NCBI GenBank assembly: GCA_963781155.1
Contig: CAWAEC010000001.1
Location: 14,515 to 78,514 of the forward strand
Length of the DNA stretch: 64,000 nt
Source: an uncultured Acidimicrobiaceae bacterium
GTDB lineage: Bacteria > Actinomycetota > Acidimicrobiia > Acidimicrobiales > Palsa-688
Reading direction: 5' to 3'
The notes under the pieces are model-generated. The model was not told the origin of the DNA. It did no database searches and saw only the letters and a list, made by a program, of their open reading frames with translations. Numbering within the stretch: position 1 is the stretch's first letter; each line of letters opens with the position of its first letter. Shown in pieces: positions 19,638-29,694 of the stretch. Position numbers and translations under genes: made by a program.

Positions 19638-19818
19638 GATCTCAACAGGAAACGGGACATTTGATACTCGACAAGAGAGGTGACCTGCGGCCCTACCCAG
19701 GCTCAGCACGTGGCGCGCTCGCAAACCCGAATCACAGAATCCCGAAGGAGTGCTTCCTGATTGCGAGACATGACGATCGGCTCTATCCAGCCGCCACGAA
19801 GAAAGCGAAACTGATGGC

Positions 19819-22521
19819 GTGACTGTTGGCCCCAATCCCATGACCTACGAATGCGACACCGTGTTGGCTGACGGAGGGACCGTCCACCTCCGGCCGATCC
19901 GCCCGGACGACGGCCCCGGGTTGGAGGCATTCCATTCCCGGCTTTCGCCGGAAAGCATCTACCTGCGGTTCTTCGGCTGCCACCCCCGGCTGAGCCCCTC
20001 CGAGGTCGAGCACTTCACGCACGTCGACGGCACCGATCGGATGGCGCTGGTGGCGACCCTACAGGGCGACATCGTGGGCGTGGCCCGCTACGACCGCCTT
20101 CCATCCTGCCCGACCGAAGCCGAGGTCGCGTTCGTGGTCAGCGACACCCACCAGGGCCGGGGGCTGGGCACGCTCTTCCTGGAGCACCTGGCCGCCTACG
20201 CCCGCGAGCAGGGCATTGAGGCCTTCGTGGCGGAAACACTCCCGCAAAACCGTCCCATGCGAGAAGTGTTCAGGAATGCGGGGTTCGCCGAGAATGCCCG
20301 CTGGCATAACGGGGTCATCGAGTTTCGAATGAACATACGCCCGTCTGCTGGCCTGGCGGAGGCGGTCGAGGCACGGGACCGATCAGCCACGGTCCATTCG
20401 ATCGGCGCATTGCTGCAACCCCGATCGGTGGCCGTCATCGGGGCCGGCCGCGGCCGCGGAACCATCGGCCACGAGATCTTTCACAATCTCCTCGCAGGTG
20501 ATTTCGCGGGTCCGGCCTACCCAATTCATCCCTCCGCCACGTCGGTGGCCGGAGTCAAGGCCTATCCCTCCGTCCTGGATGTTCCCGGCCCAGTGGACCT
20601 GGCGGTAATAGCCGTTCCTGGTGACCGAGTGGCAGGCGTAGTGGAAACGTGCGCCACGAAAGGGGTCAAAGGCGCCGTGGTCATCTCAGCGGGGTACGCC
20701 GAATCTGGCGCCGACGGCCAGTCCGGCCAGCATGACCTGGTCTGCCAGGCTCGGGGCGCAGGGATGCGGCTGATCGGGCCCAACTGCATGGGAATCATAA
20801 ACACCGCCCCGGACATATCGATGAATGCCACCTTCGCTCCGGTGCCGCCCACCCCTGGGCGGGTGGCGTTCGTGTCGCAGTCGGGTGGACTTGGCATCGC
20901 CAGCCTTGAGGAAGTCCGTCGCCGAGGCATAGGTCTGTCGTCATTTGTTTCGGTGGGCAACAAGGCTGATGTCAGCGGTAACGACCTGCTCCAGTATTGG
21001 GGCGAGGATGCCGATACAGACGTCATCCTCCTCTACCTGGAATCGTTCGGCAACGCCCGTCGCTTCGCTCGGATCGCCGGCGAGGTGTCACGCCTGAAGC
21101 CCATCGTGGCCTTGAAAGCCGGACGGACCGACTCGGGTCGAAGAGCTGCTTCTTCTCACACTGCGGCCCTGGCCACCTCGGACGCGGCTGTCGACGCGCT
21201 GTTCGCCCGAACCGGTGTCGTCCGGGTCGACACGCTGGAAGAGCTGTTCGACGTGGCTGAGGTCCTGGATGCTCAGCCGTTACCGGCCGGCCCCAAGGTG
21301 GCGATTGTCGGCAACGCCGGAGGGCCGGGCATCCTGGCCGCCGACGCCTGCGAAACTGCTGGCCTCGAAGTGCACGAGTTGTCAGCCGCCACGCAAGCTC
21401 AGCTTCGGTCGTTCCTGCCCGGCGCCGCCACCGTCACCAACCCTGTGGACATGGTGGCCTCAGCCTCGGCCGCCGACTACCGCCGAGCCCTTCGCCTGGC
21501 TCTCGACGACGACAACGTCGACGCCGTGGTCGCGATCTTTGCACCGCCCCTCGTCACCCAGGCCGACGATGTAGCCGTCGAGATCGCTGATCTGGCCCGA
21601 AGCGAAAGCAAACCCATCGTCGCCTGTTTCCTGGGCATGGCCGCACCTCCTGCTTCTCTCAGGAGCGCGGACGGGACCGTGCCCAGCTTCACCTTTCCAG
21701 AGCCGGCGGTCCGGGCCCTGGCCCGAACCTACCGCTACGCGCAGTGGTGCCGGCGCGACCCTGGACAATCCGTGCTCGTCGACGACACGGACACCGTGAC
21801 CGCCCGGGCCGTGATCCGCACAACCCTCGATCACCACCCGGACGGCAGTTGGCTGCCTCCGACCGAGGCGGCCCGCCTCCTGTCCGCCTATAAGATCCCT
21901 GTCGCCACAACTGAGTTCGCGCGAAGCGGGCCGGATGCAATCCGAGCCGCCCACCGCATCGGGTTCCCTGTCGCCCTCAAAGGCGGGGCCGCCGAGCTGG
22001 TGCACAAGACCGAAAAGGGAGCCGTGAGATTGTCGTTGCACTCGGACGCTGAGGTCGACGATGCCTTCTCAGCCATGGAACACGAGCTTGGAGAAGAAAT
22101 GGGGGGTGCCATCGTCCAACCCATGGCCAAACCCGGTGTCGAACTGATCGTCGGCGTCGTCCATGATCCGTCATTTGGCCCTATGGTCATGTTCGGCTCC
22201 GGCGGCACCGCCGTCGAGCTTTTCGGTGACCGGAGCATCCGGATTCTCCCGCTGACGGACACCGATACATCAGAGTTGGTTCGGTCTCTGCGCGCTTCCC
22301 CGCTCCTCCTCGGGTATAGAGGTACCAAGGGCGTCGACGTTCCCGCCCTCGAAGACCTGATAGCACGGGTCGCCAGGCTGGCGGAAGACAATCCCGAGAT
22401 CTCCGAAATGGACCTCAACCCCGTCATCGCCACCCCGGACGGCGTCGTAGCAGTAGACGTCAAGGTCCGGATCGCGCCACGCAACCCAGAACCGGACCCG
22501 ACCCTCCGAAAACTCCGTTAG
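19819..22521 (+). CDS. bifunctional GNAT acetyltransferase / NDP-forming acyl-CoA synthetase-like protein (Pat-type protein acyltransferase, GNAT at N-terminus)
   Basis: 900 aa. N-terminal GNAT (HQGRGLGTLFLEHL), then CoA-binding, succinyl-CoA-synthetase-like and ATP-grasp regions. GTG 19819 or ATG 19840 are possible starts. Confidence 0.9.
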   Translation: MTVGPNPMTYECDTVLADGGTVHLRPIRPDDGPGLEAFHSRLSPESIYLRFFGCHPRLSPSEVEHFTHVDGTDRMALVATLQGDIVGVARYDRLPSCPTEAEVAFVVSDTHQGRGLGTLFLEHLAAYAREQGIEAFVAETLPQNRPMREVFRNAGFAENARWHNGVIEFRMNIRPSAGLAEAVEARDRSATVHSIGALLQPRSVAVIGAGRGRGTIGHEIFHNLLAGDFAGPAYPIHPSATSVAGVKAYPSVLDVPGPVDLAVIAVPGDRVAGVVETCATKGVKGAVVISAGYAESGADGQSGQHDLVCQARGAGMRLIGPNCMGIINTAPDISMNATFAPVPPTPGRVAFVSQSGGLGIASLEEVRRRGIGLSSFVSVGNKADVSGNDLLQYWGEDADTDVILLYLESFGNARRFARIAGEVSRLKPIVALKAGRTDSGRRAASSHTAALATSDAAVDALFARTGVVRVDTLEELFDVAEVLDAQPLPAGPKVAIVGNAGGPGILAADACETAGLEVHELSAATQAQLRSFLPGAATVTNPVDMVASASAADYRRALRLALDDDNVDAVVAIFAPPLVTQADDVAVEIADLARSESKPIVACFLGMAAPPASLRSADGTVPSFTFPEPAVRALARTYRYAQWCRRDPGQSVLVDDTDTVTARAVIRTTLDHHPDGSWLPPTEAARLLSAYKIPVATTEFARSGPDAIRAAHRIGFPVALKGGAAELVHKTEKGAVRLSLHSDAEVDDAFSAMEHELGEEMGGAIVQPMAKPGVELIVGVVHDPSFGPMVMFGSGGTAVELFGDRSIRILPLTDTDTSELVRSLRASPLLLGYRGTKGVDVPALEDLIARVARLAEDNPEISEMDLNPVIATPDGVVAVDVKVRIAPRNPEPDPTLRKLR

Positions 22522-22629
22522 CCCAAAGATCCGCCACGAAAAATCGGGACCAAGGCGTCGACGTGGTGACGGGGGTGGACGTCCAACCGGCCGCGTGCAT
22601 TCCCCACGATCGGACGATCCGGGTGCGGC

Positions 22630-23421
22630 CTAGAACATGGTTGGCCGCGGATGCCGCGGCTTGGGCTCCGGTTCCCGCCACTTCAGGCGATCTACCACAT
22701 CGATGACGCCAGGCAACTGACGGATCAGACTGCACACAACGCCCTGGTCGGTCGGATGAAGGACCGAACCCGTAAGGATCACGACCCCGTCCAGGACCTC
22801 GGCCTGGACGGCATGGCCCTCAGGCACCCAGAGCGGGGAGGCCAGGAGTTCGGTGATCTGGGCGCGAATCTCGGCATCCGGCCGGTCAAAGAGACGGAGG
22901 ATGTCGTGGCGCGAAAGCACACCCACAAGGCGTCCGTTTTCGACGACTGGTAGAGTGCGCACATCGTGGCGGATCATGCGGCGGACGGCGATTCCCACCG
23001 GCTCGGTAGGAGCGGAGCTGACGACGTCCGTCGTCATAAGCTCCTCGGCAGTGAGCCCGTCGGCCCGGGCCTTCCAGTGATGGCGGCGTTCCGCCACCGC
23101 CTCGTCGATCAGGGCGGCGAGATGGTGGCTGCGCACGGTTGGGTAGCCCTCGCGGCAGACCAGGTCCGCTTCGCTTACGATCCCGACCAGGCGGTCACCG
23201 ATGTCCACCACGGGGACACACCGGACATCCCGCTCGAGCAGGACGTGAGCAATGTCTTTCACCGTTGCCGTGGGCTCAATCGTGACCGGGTTGGAGGTCA
23301 TGACGTTCCGAACCAGCATGGGCAGAGTGAATCCCGGCGTCGGGCGTTCACCCACGTCAAAGTGCTGGCTTAGACCCGAGGTGGGCTTCGTATCTGCTGA
23401 AATCGTCGGCTTCTGGTCCAT
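22630..23421 (-). CDS. CBS-pair plus BON domain protein
   Basis: Two CBS repeats (VRNVMTSNPVTIEP..., ELMTTDVVSSAP...) and a C-terminal BON-like VVILTGSV...PGVIDVVDRL. Confidence 0.85.
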   Translation of the reverse strand: MDQKPTISADTKPTSGLSQHFDVGERPTPGFTLPMLVRNVMTSNPVTIEPTATVKDIAHVLLERDVRCVPVVDIGDRLVGIVSEADLVCREGYPTVRSHHLAALIDEAVAERRHHWKARADGLTAEELMTTDVVSSAPTEPVGIAVRRMIRHDVRTLPVVENGRLVGVLSRHDILRLFDRPDAEIRAQITELLASPLWVPEGHAVQAEVLDGVVILTGSVLHPTDQGVVCSLIRQLPGVIDVVDRLKWREPEPKPRHPRPTMF

Positions 23422-23456
23422 GCCCTTACTGTCTGCGGATCGCGGTTCCCCTGCCA

Positions 23457-23470
23457 GGGCCGAAGGTACC
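23457..23470 (-). promoter_or_regulatory. GGTACCTTCGGCCC box upstream of CBS/BON gene
   Basis: 36-49 nt upstream of ATG 23421, the same spacing as the hydrogenase copy. Confidence 0.45.
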
Positions 23471-23550
23471 AACGTGTGTCACGCCCGGATCTATATGACC
23501 TTAGACCGCAGCGGCTGCCCGGCTACCGGAACCGCCCCATCAGCCGGGCG

Positions 23551-24465
23551 TCAAGTCCGCGCCCCTTTGTTACCAGCCACGTGACTTGGGACGATGACGA
23601 CCGGCACCGGACTGCGAGTAACGCACGCCAACGTGATAACGCCTAGCGTTCGATGCCCGAACACCGTCGAGTGGCCGGCACTAACGACGAGTAGATCCGA
23701 TCCCACGGCCTCTTTTGTCAAGATTGAAGCTGGCATCCCCCGGCGGGCGATTGAGGTGACCCGATCGGTCCGCACACCGCACCGGAAGAGCGAATGAGCA
23801 GCCAGGTTTTGGGCGGTTCGGCCCACGGCGGAGGAGTCGCTGCCTTCTATAGCCACTGGTCCGCCCAGTCCACCGTAGTCCCCTTCACACCATGCCATTA
23901 CTGCTCGAACGACACCGTCCCGTCGGTCGGCTTCGGCGACAGCCCAGGCAAGCGCCGCGGTCGCGGGGGCACTGCCATGAAAGCCTACCGTCACCCTGGA
24001 TGGCGTTGAGCACGGAGGAGCCGTTGACCACGCGCTGCGAGGAACCACCACGAGCGGCAGATCTGGCCCGGCGTCGGCGCCCCATGGGTCCGACCCGAAG
24101 ACCAGGCTCGTAAGGGTGTTGGTAGCGAGTGCGCCGACCATGACGAGGTCATGGGGGTCATTCAGCGCCTTGGCGCGTACTACCTCGGTAGTCGACTTCT
24201 GAAAATCTCCGATATCAAGGCTAGCCTGGGATCCGGAGCCGAGTCGGTCAAGGGTGACAGAGAGCTGCTTTCGGCCTTGCTCAACTGTCTCTGGGTCGAC
24301 GATCTCCTCGACCAGCCCGAAAGCTGGGACGTACAAGACGTCGATACGACTGTGACGACAAACCGCATGATGGAGAGCCCAAGCCAGCGGGGCTTCTGCC
24401 GAGCTGGCATCATCAACCACGACCAATATGGACGAATCCGAGGTTTGTGCCGTTTCAACTGCCAC
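23551..24465 (-). CDS. tandem-domain universal stress protein
   Basis: Two USP domains (ILVVVDDASSAEAPLAWA..., VTVGFHGSAPATAALAWA...), ending PVPVVIVPS. Confidence 0.9.
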   Translation of the reverse strand: MAVETAQTSDSSILVVVDDASSAEAPLAWALHHAVCRHSRIDVLYVPAFGLVEEIVDPETVEQGRKQLSVTLDRLGSGSQASLDIGDFQKSTTEVVRAKALNDPHDLVMVGALATNTLTSLVFGSDPWGADAGPDLPLVVVPRSAWSTAPPCSTPSRVTVGFHGSAPATAALAWAVAEADRRDGVVRAVMAWCEGDYGGLGGPVAIEGSDSSAVGRTAQNLAAHSLFRCGVRTDRVTSIARRGMPASILTKEAVGSDLLVVSAGHSTVFGHRTLGVITLACVTRSPVPVVIVPSHVAGNKGART

Positions 24466-24525
24466 CGGCTCGTCCTCTCTCGCGACGGTTAGATATATCG
24501 TCTCGCGGCAGCATCGACCCGGATA

Positions 24526-24539
24526 GGGTCACAAGTCCC
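24526..24539 (-). promoter_or_regulatory. GGGACTTGTGACCC box upstream of tandem USP gene
   Basis: 61-74 nt upstream of GTG 24465. With flanks (TTTGGGACTTGTGACCCTAT) it matches 14/20 of the DosR box consensus as I recall it. Confidence 0.4.
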
Positions 24540-24932
24540 AAAATCGAGGACAACAAACGGAGACTGGTCGTCCACTTGCAAGGCGACGCGAGTTGGTGAC
24601 GAGAATCCGAGGAGGGTCAGCCGCAGTCGTTTGGTTGCGTGCATTGCCCTCGTCGCAGGCCGGCCAGCGAAGGACTTGAGTCTGGTCGTCGTGCGGCGGT
24701 GGCTACGGCCCGGGCGATGCGAGAGCTCGGTGGTGCTGTAGGCCACGGGCAGGCGTTGGGGTTGGCCCGTGATGGTCAGGTCGTCGCCGGCGGTGGGGTC
24801 GTACGAGAGGTGTTGGTTACGGGTCAGCCAGGAGACAGACCGCAGAGGGGTGCCATTCCGACGCGGCGACATACACGGCTCGCTTGTCCGAGCGGCGGCG
24901 CAGCCGGTCCTGACCGCCAGCGGTCCGGACCG

Positions 24933-24967
24933 GGGACCTCCGGCAGGGCAGATGGGCCGTTCGACTC
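24933..24967 (+). promoter_or_regulatory. two weak tandem boxes (GGGACCTCCGGCAG, GGGCCGTTCGACTC) upstream of PPOX 25040
   Basis: Box starts are 21 nt apart. 73-107 nt upstream of ATG 25040. 11/14 each. Confidence 0.3.
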
Positions 24968-25039
24968 TGGCCTTGTTTCCCTATAAGGGTCAGGCTGGGT
25001 GGAGGGTAATGCTAAGCCCGAAGAGCAAGGAGGATCGTA

Positions 25040-25510
25040 ATGGAGGCGTCGAGGTTGAATACCGGGCTGGACGTGCTGGACCAGACCGAGTGTGCCCGCC
25101 TGCTCGCCACCGAGACCGTAGGCCGCCTGGGTGTCGTCGTCGACGACGAACCCCAGATCTTCCCAGTAAATTTTGCGTTGGCGGGACAGGACATCATGAT
25201 CCGCACCGACCACGGCACGAAACTGTTGGCTGCGTTGGGTGGTCCGGTGGTGTTCGAAGTTGACCACCTTGACGAGGACAGCCTGAGCGGGTGGAGCGTA
25301 ATGGTCCACGGAACAGCCCGGCTTTCGGGCGGGCGGGAGGAGCGTCCGGGGTCACAGAACAGGGTGCTCCGGCCCTGGCCCGAGGCCGAGCGGCCGCACC
25401 TGTTGCGCATCGTGGCGAAGAAGGTCACCGGTCGAAGGATCAGCACGAGCAGGGCGCACCGCTGGCTGATGGCTGGGGCCTCCGAGCTCGGCCCTGCGGC
25501 GGATCGGTAG
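25040..25510 (+). CDS. PPOX family protein
   Basis: LDQTECARLLATETVGRLGVVV...IFPVNF...VVFEVD...GWSVMVHG. AAGGAGG upstream. Confidence 0.85.
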   Translation: MEASRLNTGLDVLDQTECARLLATETVGRLGVVVDDEPQIFPVNFALAGQDIMIRTDHGTKLLAALGGPVVFEVDHLDEDSLSGWSVMVHGTARLSGGREERPGSQNRVLRPWPEAERPHLLRIVAKKVTGRRISTSRAHRWLMAGASELGPAADR

Positions 25511-25970
25511 AAGCAATGCTCTCGTCGCCGCTCGTCCGAAGCCAGGATGCCTACGATCCTGGGGCTGGACATCCTCGGGCAAGTGGCACAACCGGTTCGG
25601 CTCGTGGCTGACCCTGGAAGGGAATGACAAGGGTTGTCTCTGGGGTGAGACCCGCAACAGCGCCGGGTCGGTGACGGATCATGCCCACCAGGTATATGTT
25701 GTTTCCATCTTCACCCTCTGGATTCGAGCCGGGTAGTGGGTTTCGTCGTCAACTGGCCGGGAGTGCACTCGGTCACGTCTTGCAGGATCGGCGGCCTCAC
25801 TGAGGCTGTCTTACCGGCCGCCATTTGGATTGGGTCTGGGGCGCGCACTCCCCTAAAGACGGTTGGAGGCTGGCGCCGCCGTCGCTTCGCTGAGCGGCCG
25901 CCGCTGGCTGTTCGAGCCTTGGGTCAGCGTGCTCAAGGTGACAACGGCCATGACGCCGGCACGGAAGGAG

Positions 25971-28373
25971 TTAGGAGATGTTCACCTCGAGCGTCTGGCC
26001 GGGCAGCAGTGTGCTCGCCATGCCTTTGACGTTCACGGCGATGGGCGCCCCCTCGGCGAGATCAAGGTCGATGCGGGCCATGTCAGTCGTGAAATGGAGA
26101 TGCAGCAGATATCCGCGGTAGCGGATGTCGAACTCTATCGAGCCCACCTCGGCGGGGATGACCGGGTTGAGAATCATCACGTCGTGGCGCAGTTCCAGAC
26201 CGGTATAGCAGCGCTGGAGGAGATCGATGGTCCCGGCCATGGCGCCCACATGGATGCCTTCAGCGGTGGTGCCCCCGCGCACCCGGGCCTCGTCGCTGTG
26301 CAGGACGCGGACGAAGAAGTCCCAGGACGTGTGGCGGTCCCGCCGGGCCGCCACCCAGGCGTGGACGACCCGGCTGAGCGACGATCCATGGGCGGTCCGC
26401 TGCCCGTAGTACTCGAAGTTGCGGTGGACCAGGTCCTTGTCGTAGTCGTAGCCGAGCCGTTCTAAGAGCCCAGCGAGCTCTTCGGCCGACAGCAGGTAGA
26501 ACAGCATTACGACGTCGGCCTGCTTCGCGACCTTGTAGCAGTCCGGACTGTCCCCCTCGGCCTCCAGGATGCGATCCAGCCGGTCGATCTCACCGTAAAT
26601 GCTCCGGTAACGGCCCCAATCCAGCTCGTCAAGGCGCTCGTAGCCTTCAAACTGGCTGATGACGTCCTCGTGGAAGCAGACCCGCATCCTGCGGCTGATC
26701 TGTTCCCAGCGATCCAGCTCGGGACGATCAATCCCCAGCCTGTCGGTGATCTCGCGGGCGAAAGCCGGCGGCAGCGTCTGGAGCACCTCGGCGGCCCGGC
26801 ACAGGCACCACACGGCCATGAGGTTGGTGTACGCATTGTTGTCCAGACCCGCTTCGCGGCGATCGGGGTAGCGTTCATGGAACTCATCGGGCCCCATCAC
26901 GCCCTTGATCTCGTAGCGGTCCAGGGAGTGGTTGTAGGTAGACAGGCTCGACCAGAAGCGGGCGATCTCCAGGATCATCTCGGCACCGTAGAAGCGCAGG
27001 AACTGGATATCACCTGTTGCTTGGTAGTAGTACCAGATGCAGGCCACGATGGCGGCGTTCACGTGACGTTGCAAACGGGACGGATCCTCCAGCCACCGGC
27101 CCGACTGGGGATTGAGATGCATCGTCTGCGTCTCCTCGCGGCCATCGCTGCCGCTTTGCCACGGGAACATGGCCCCGGCGTAGCCGGCTGCGGTGGCGTC
27201 CCGCCTCGCCTGGTCGAGGCGGCGGTAGCGGTAGAGCAGAAGCGACCGGGCTAACTCCGGGAAGCGCAGAATGAGGAAAGGAAACACAAACAACTCGTCC
27301 CAGAACACGTGACCCCGATAGGCCTCTCCGTGGAGGCCCCGGGCGGGGATGCCCACGTCGAGGCCGATGGAATTTTCCGAGACGGTCTGCAGAAGATGGA
27401 AGGTGTGAAGGTTGGCGAGCTTGGCCAGGTCGTGGTCGACGCCCAGGCGGATGGCGCTCCGGCTCCACAGACTGCTCCAGGCTTGGGTATGGCGGCCGAG
27501 CAGTTCATCGAAACTCCCGGCCACGATGCCGGCCCAGTCCCGCGCTTGTGAGAGGGGCTCGCTGATGGCCATGTCCCTGGATGTGAACACGGCGGCGACC
27601 TTGTCGATCAGCAACTCGTCCCCCTGACGTACATCGGCAACAAGGCGCTGTTCGACGTAGCCGCGATCTCTGCTCGTTACCGGTTGGGATTCGAGCGGTC
27701 GGCCATTACAAACCAATTCCGTCCGAGCCGCCGTAGCGATCTGGACATGGGACTGATTCGTCTGCACCTCCAGCCACATGAGCTTTCCTTCGCCTCCCTC
27801 CTCGAGCGGCGTCAAATGGACTGAACCCAGAGTGCGGTACCGAGCAATGCCATCGTTGGTTACTGTGCCGTCCAGGGCGCTCCTGACCTCAAGGCGTCCG
27901 GTCCAGTTCTCCGGCACGATGGTCGTCTGCAAGCCAGCCAGGTGGGGATCACGCATGCTGACGAAGCGGCGCTGGGTGAGATTGGTTACCCGCCCGTCTC
28001 TGTCTCGCCAGCGGGTGGTGCGCACCAGAAGACCCCTGTACATCTCCAGCCGTTGGTGGTGCGACAGGATCTCGTTGCCTTCGTCACCCAACCATTGACC
28101 ACCTTCAGCCCGAACGGAGAGGCAGAGCCAGTTGGGCGCATTGACCAGGCTCTCGTTCTCTACGGTCCGCCCCGCCACCTCGGCTCCGAGGCGGTTATAG
28201 ACCCCCGCGAGATAGGTAGCCGGATAATGGACTCCGTCGGCGACCGCCTCGGGGGCCGCCCCCCGCGTCGCGAAGTAGCCGTTACCCAGCGTACAAAGCG
28301 CCTCCCGTTGTCCCTCCATGAGGCGATCCTCACCATCGTAATCCCACCGCCACTGGTTGCCATGTCGAGTCAC
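25971..28373 (-). CDS. glycoside hydrolase family 65 phosphorylase (trehalose/maltose/kojibiose phosphorylase-like)
   Basis: 800-aa ORF with the GH65 central catalytic pattern (HVFWDELFVFPF, MFPWQSGSDGREET). Confidence 0.9.
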   Translation of the reverse strand: MTRHGNQWRWDYDGEDRLMEGQREALCTLGNGYFATRGAAPEAVADGVHYPATYLAGVYNRLGAEVAGRTVENESLVNAPNWLCLSVRAEGGQWLGDEGNEILSHHQRLEMYRGLLVRTTRWRDRDGRVTNLTQRRFVSMRDPHLAGLQTTIVPENWTGRLEVRSALDGTVTNDGIARYRTLGSVHLTPLEEGGEGKLMWLEVQTNQSHVQIATAARTELVCNGRPLESQPVTSRDRGYVEQRLVADVRQGDELLIDKVAAVFTSRDMAISEPLSQARDWAGIVAGSFDELLGRHTQAWSSLWSRSAIRLGVDHDLAKLANLHTFHLLQTVSENSIGLDVGIPARGLHGEAYRGHVFWDELFVFPFLILRFPELARSLLLYRYRRLDQARRDATAAGYAGAMFPWQSGSDGREETQTMHLNPQSGRWLEDPSRLQRHVNAAIVACIWYYYQATGDIQFLRFYGAEMILEIARFWSSLSTYNHSLDRYEIKGVMGPDEFHERYPDRREAGLDNNAYTNLMAVWCLCRAAEVLQTLPPAFAREITDRLGIDRPELDRWEQISRRMRVCFHEDVISQFEGYERLDELDWGRYRSIYGEIDRLDRILEAEGDSPDCYKVAKQADVVMLFYLLSAEELAGLLERLGYDYDKDLVHRNFEYYGQRTAHGSSLSRVVHAWVAARRDRHTSWDFFVRVLHSDEARVRGGTTAEGIHVGAMAGTIDLLQRCYTGLELRHDVMILNPVIPAEVGSIEFDIRYRGYLLHLHFTTDMARIDLDLAEGAPIAVNVKGMASTLLPGQTLEVNIS

Positions 28374-29170
28374 CTGCCCCCTCCCCGAGTCACCGCCTCA
28401 TCGTATTCGTCCCCGCACTCCGCCGTTAGCCGTACGCCCTTCGGAGACGTCAGGCGTTACTTCCCAATGGGGCTAGGGACTATGACCACCCAACCGCGCT
28501 CCGGGTAACGCACGCAAATGTGATCGCGCCCGGCCAAAGAGCGAATCGGCAGCGAACTCGTCCGCAGATCGACCCACCAGAGACGGGTGGCGGGCCACCC
28601 AGCGCCGGTACTGGTGGAGGCTTCCAACGGAGCGGAACTGCTCGTAGTCGGAAGTCCCGGGCACGGTGAATCTGCCGGGATGCTTCTGGGTTGTGTCAGC
28701 GACCATTGGGTCACCAACGCTCACTGCCCGGTGCTGGTCCGGCACGACCAAGAATAGAGCCAACCGTCCGATCTCCGGGTCGGGGTAAGGCTGGCCTTCG
28801 GCGACAACGTGTATGGGTTCTCAACCATAACTTTCGGGGGCCTGACGTGGTTCAGGACTCCAGACCGAGATCGCGCCTACTGTCCAAGCGAGCGGTCGCC
28901 CAGGACCCTAGGCTCACAGGGGTGTCGGGCCCAGCATTCCGCCCCAGGCGTTCAAAGCTCGGTCAGCGCTTCCAAATAGCGGGGATCATGAACGCGGGCA
29001 ATTCGGCGTGAGACGCCCAGCGGGGCGAAACTTGCACCACGGCGTCCCGAACGGGAGGGAGAGTCAGTCCACTCCCCGCCGCGATTACCCGGTCGGATTG
29101 GTCTGGGTGCTCTTCTTCGGGTTCGTGGCGGTGATCGTCGATATCGGCGCCGAGGAGGTGTATCGACAAC

Positions 29171-29656
29171 TTACAGATAGCCGCGTGGGTCCCCAAAGGG
29201 CGGCCCTTCGGGGAGGCGGATCCGGCGTCCGGAGACCTGATCGGGCACGATGCGGATCAGGTGGCCGCGCTGACCGGGAGCCCAGGGTGTGGCGCCCCCG
29301 AACTCGGCCTGGCTGGCCGCTTCACGATTTCGTTCGATTTCGAGTTCCTGAGCGACTCCTTTGACCATGACGCTCCAGCCGGTCCGGTGGAACGGATCGA
29401 TCTCGTCCACTTCGAAGGTCACGTTGGACCGGTGTACGGAATAAAGCTTGGCGCCGACGCCGGTCCGGTACAAGATGTCGTGACCGTCCACCGCGAAGTT
29501 GACGGGAAACACCAACGGATAGTGGCCGACGATGATGGCTACCCTCCCGACCGGCTAGGTAGCCAGCAAGTGCCAGCACTCCTCGGCGTCTATGTCGTCG
29601 AGGCTTCCCTCGTCCGCGTCGGGGTTTGAGTTTGTGGATGCGGATGGTGTGTTCAT
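29171..29656 (-). pseudogene. PPOX family gene interrupted by an in-frame TAG
   Basis: ATG 29656 (GGGAGG upstream) ...DAEECWHLLAT TAG(29555-29557) PVGRVAIIVGHYPLVFPVNF..., all in one frame. Paralogs have Glu or His at that position. Confidence 0.7.
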
Positions 29657-29694
29657 GGCGATTACCTCCCTAGTGGCAGCGCCAGTCGAACGGC

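Noticed and set aside
24489-24872. 127-aa ORF upstream of the tandem USP gene
   Set aside because: The product is Arg/Thr/Ser-rich with no domain. Its 3' end contains the candidate regulatory box for the USP gene, so it is more likely non-coding or a remnant.
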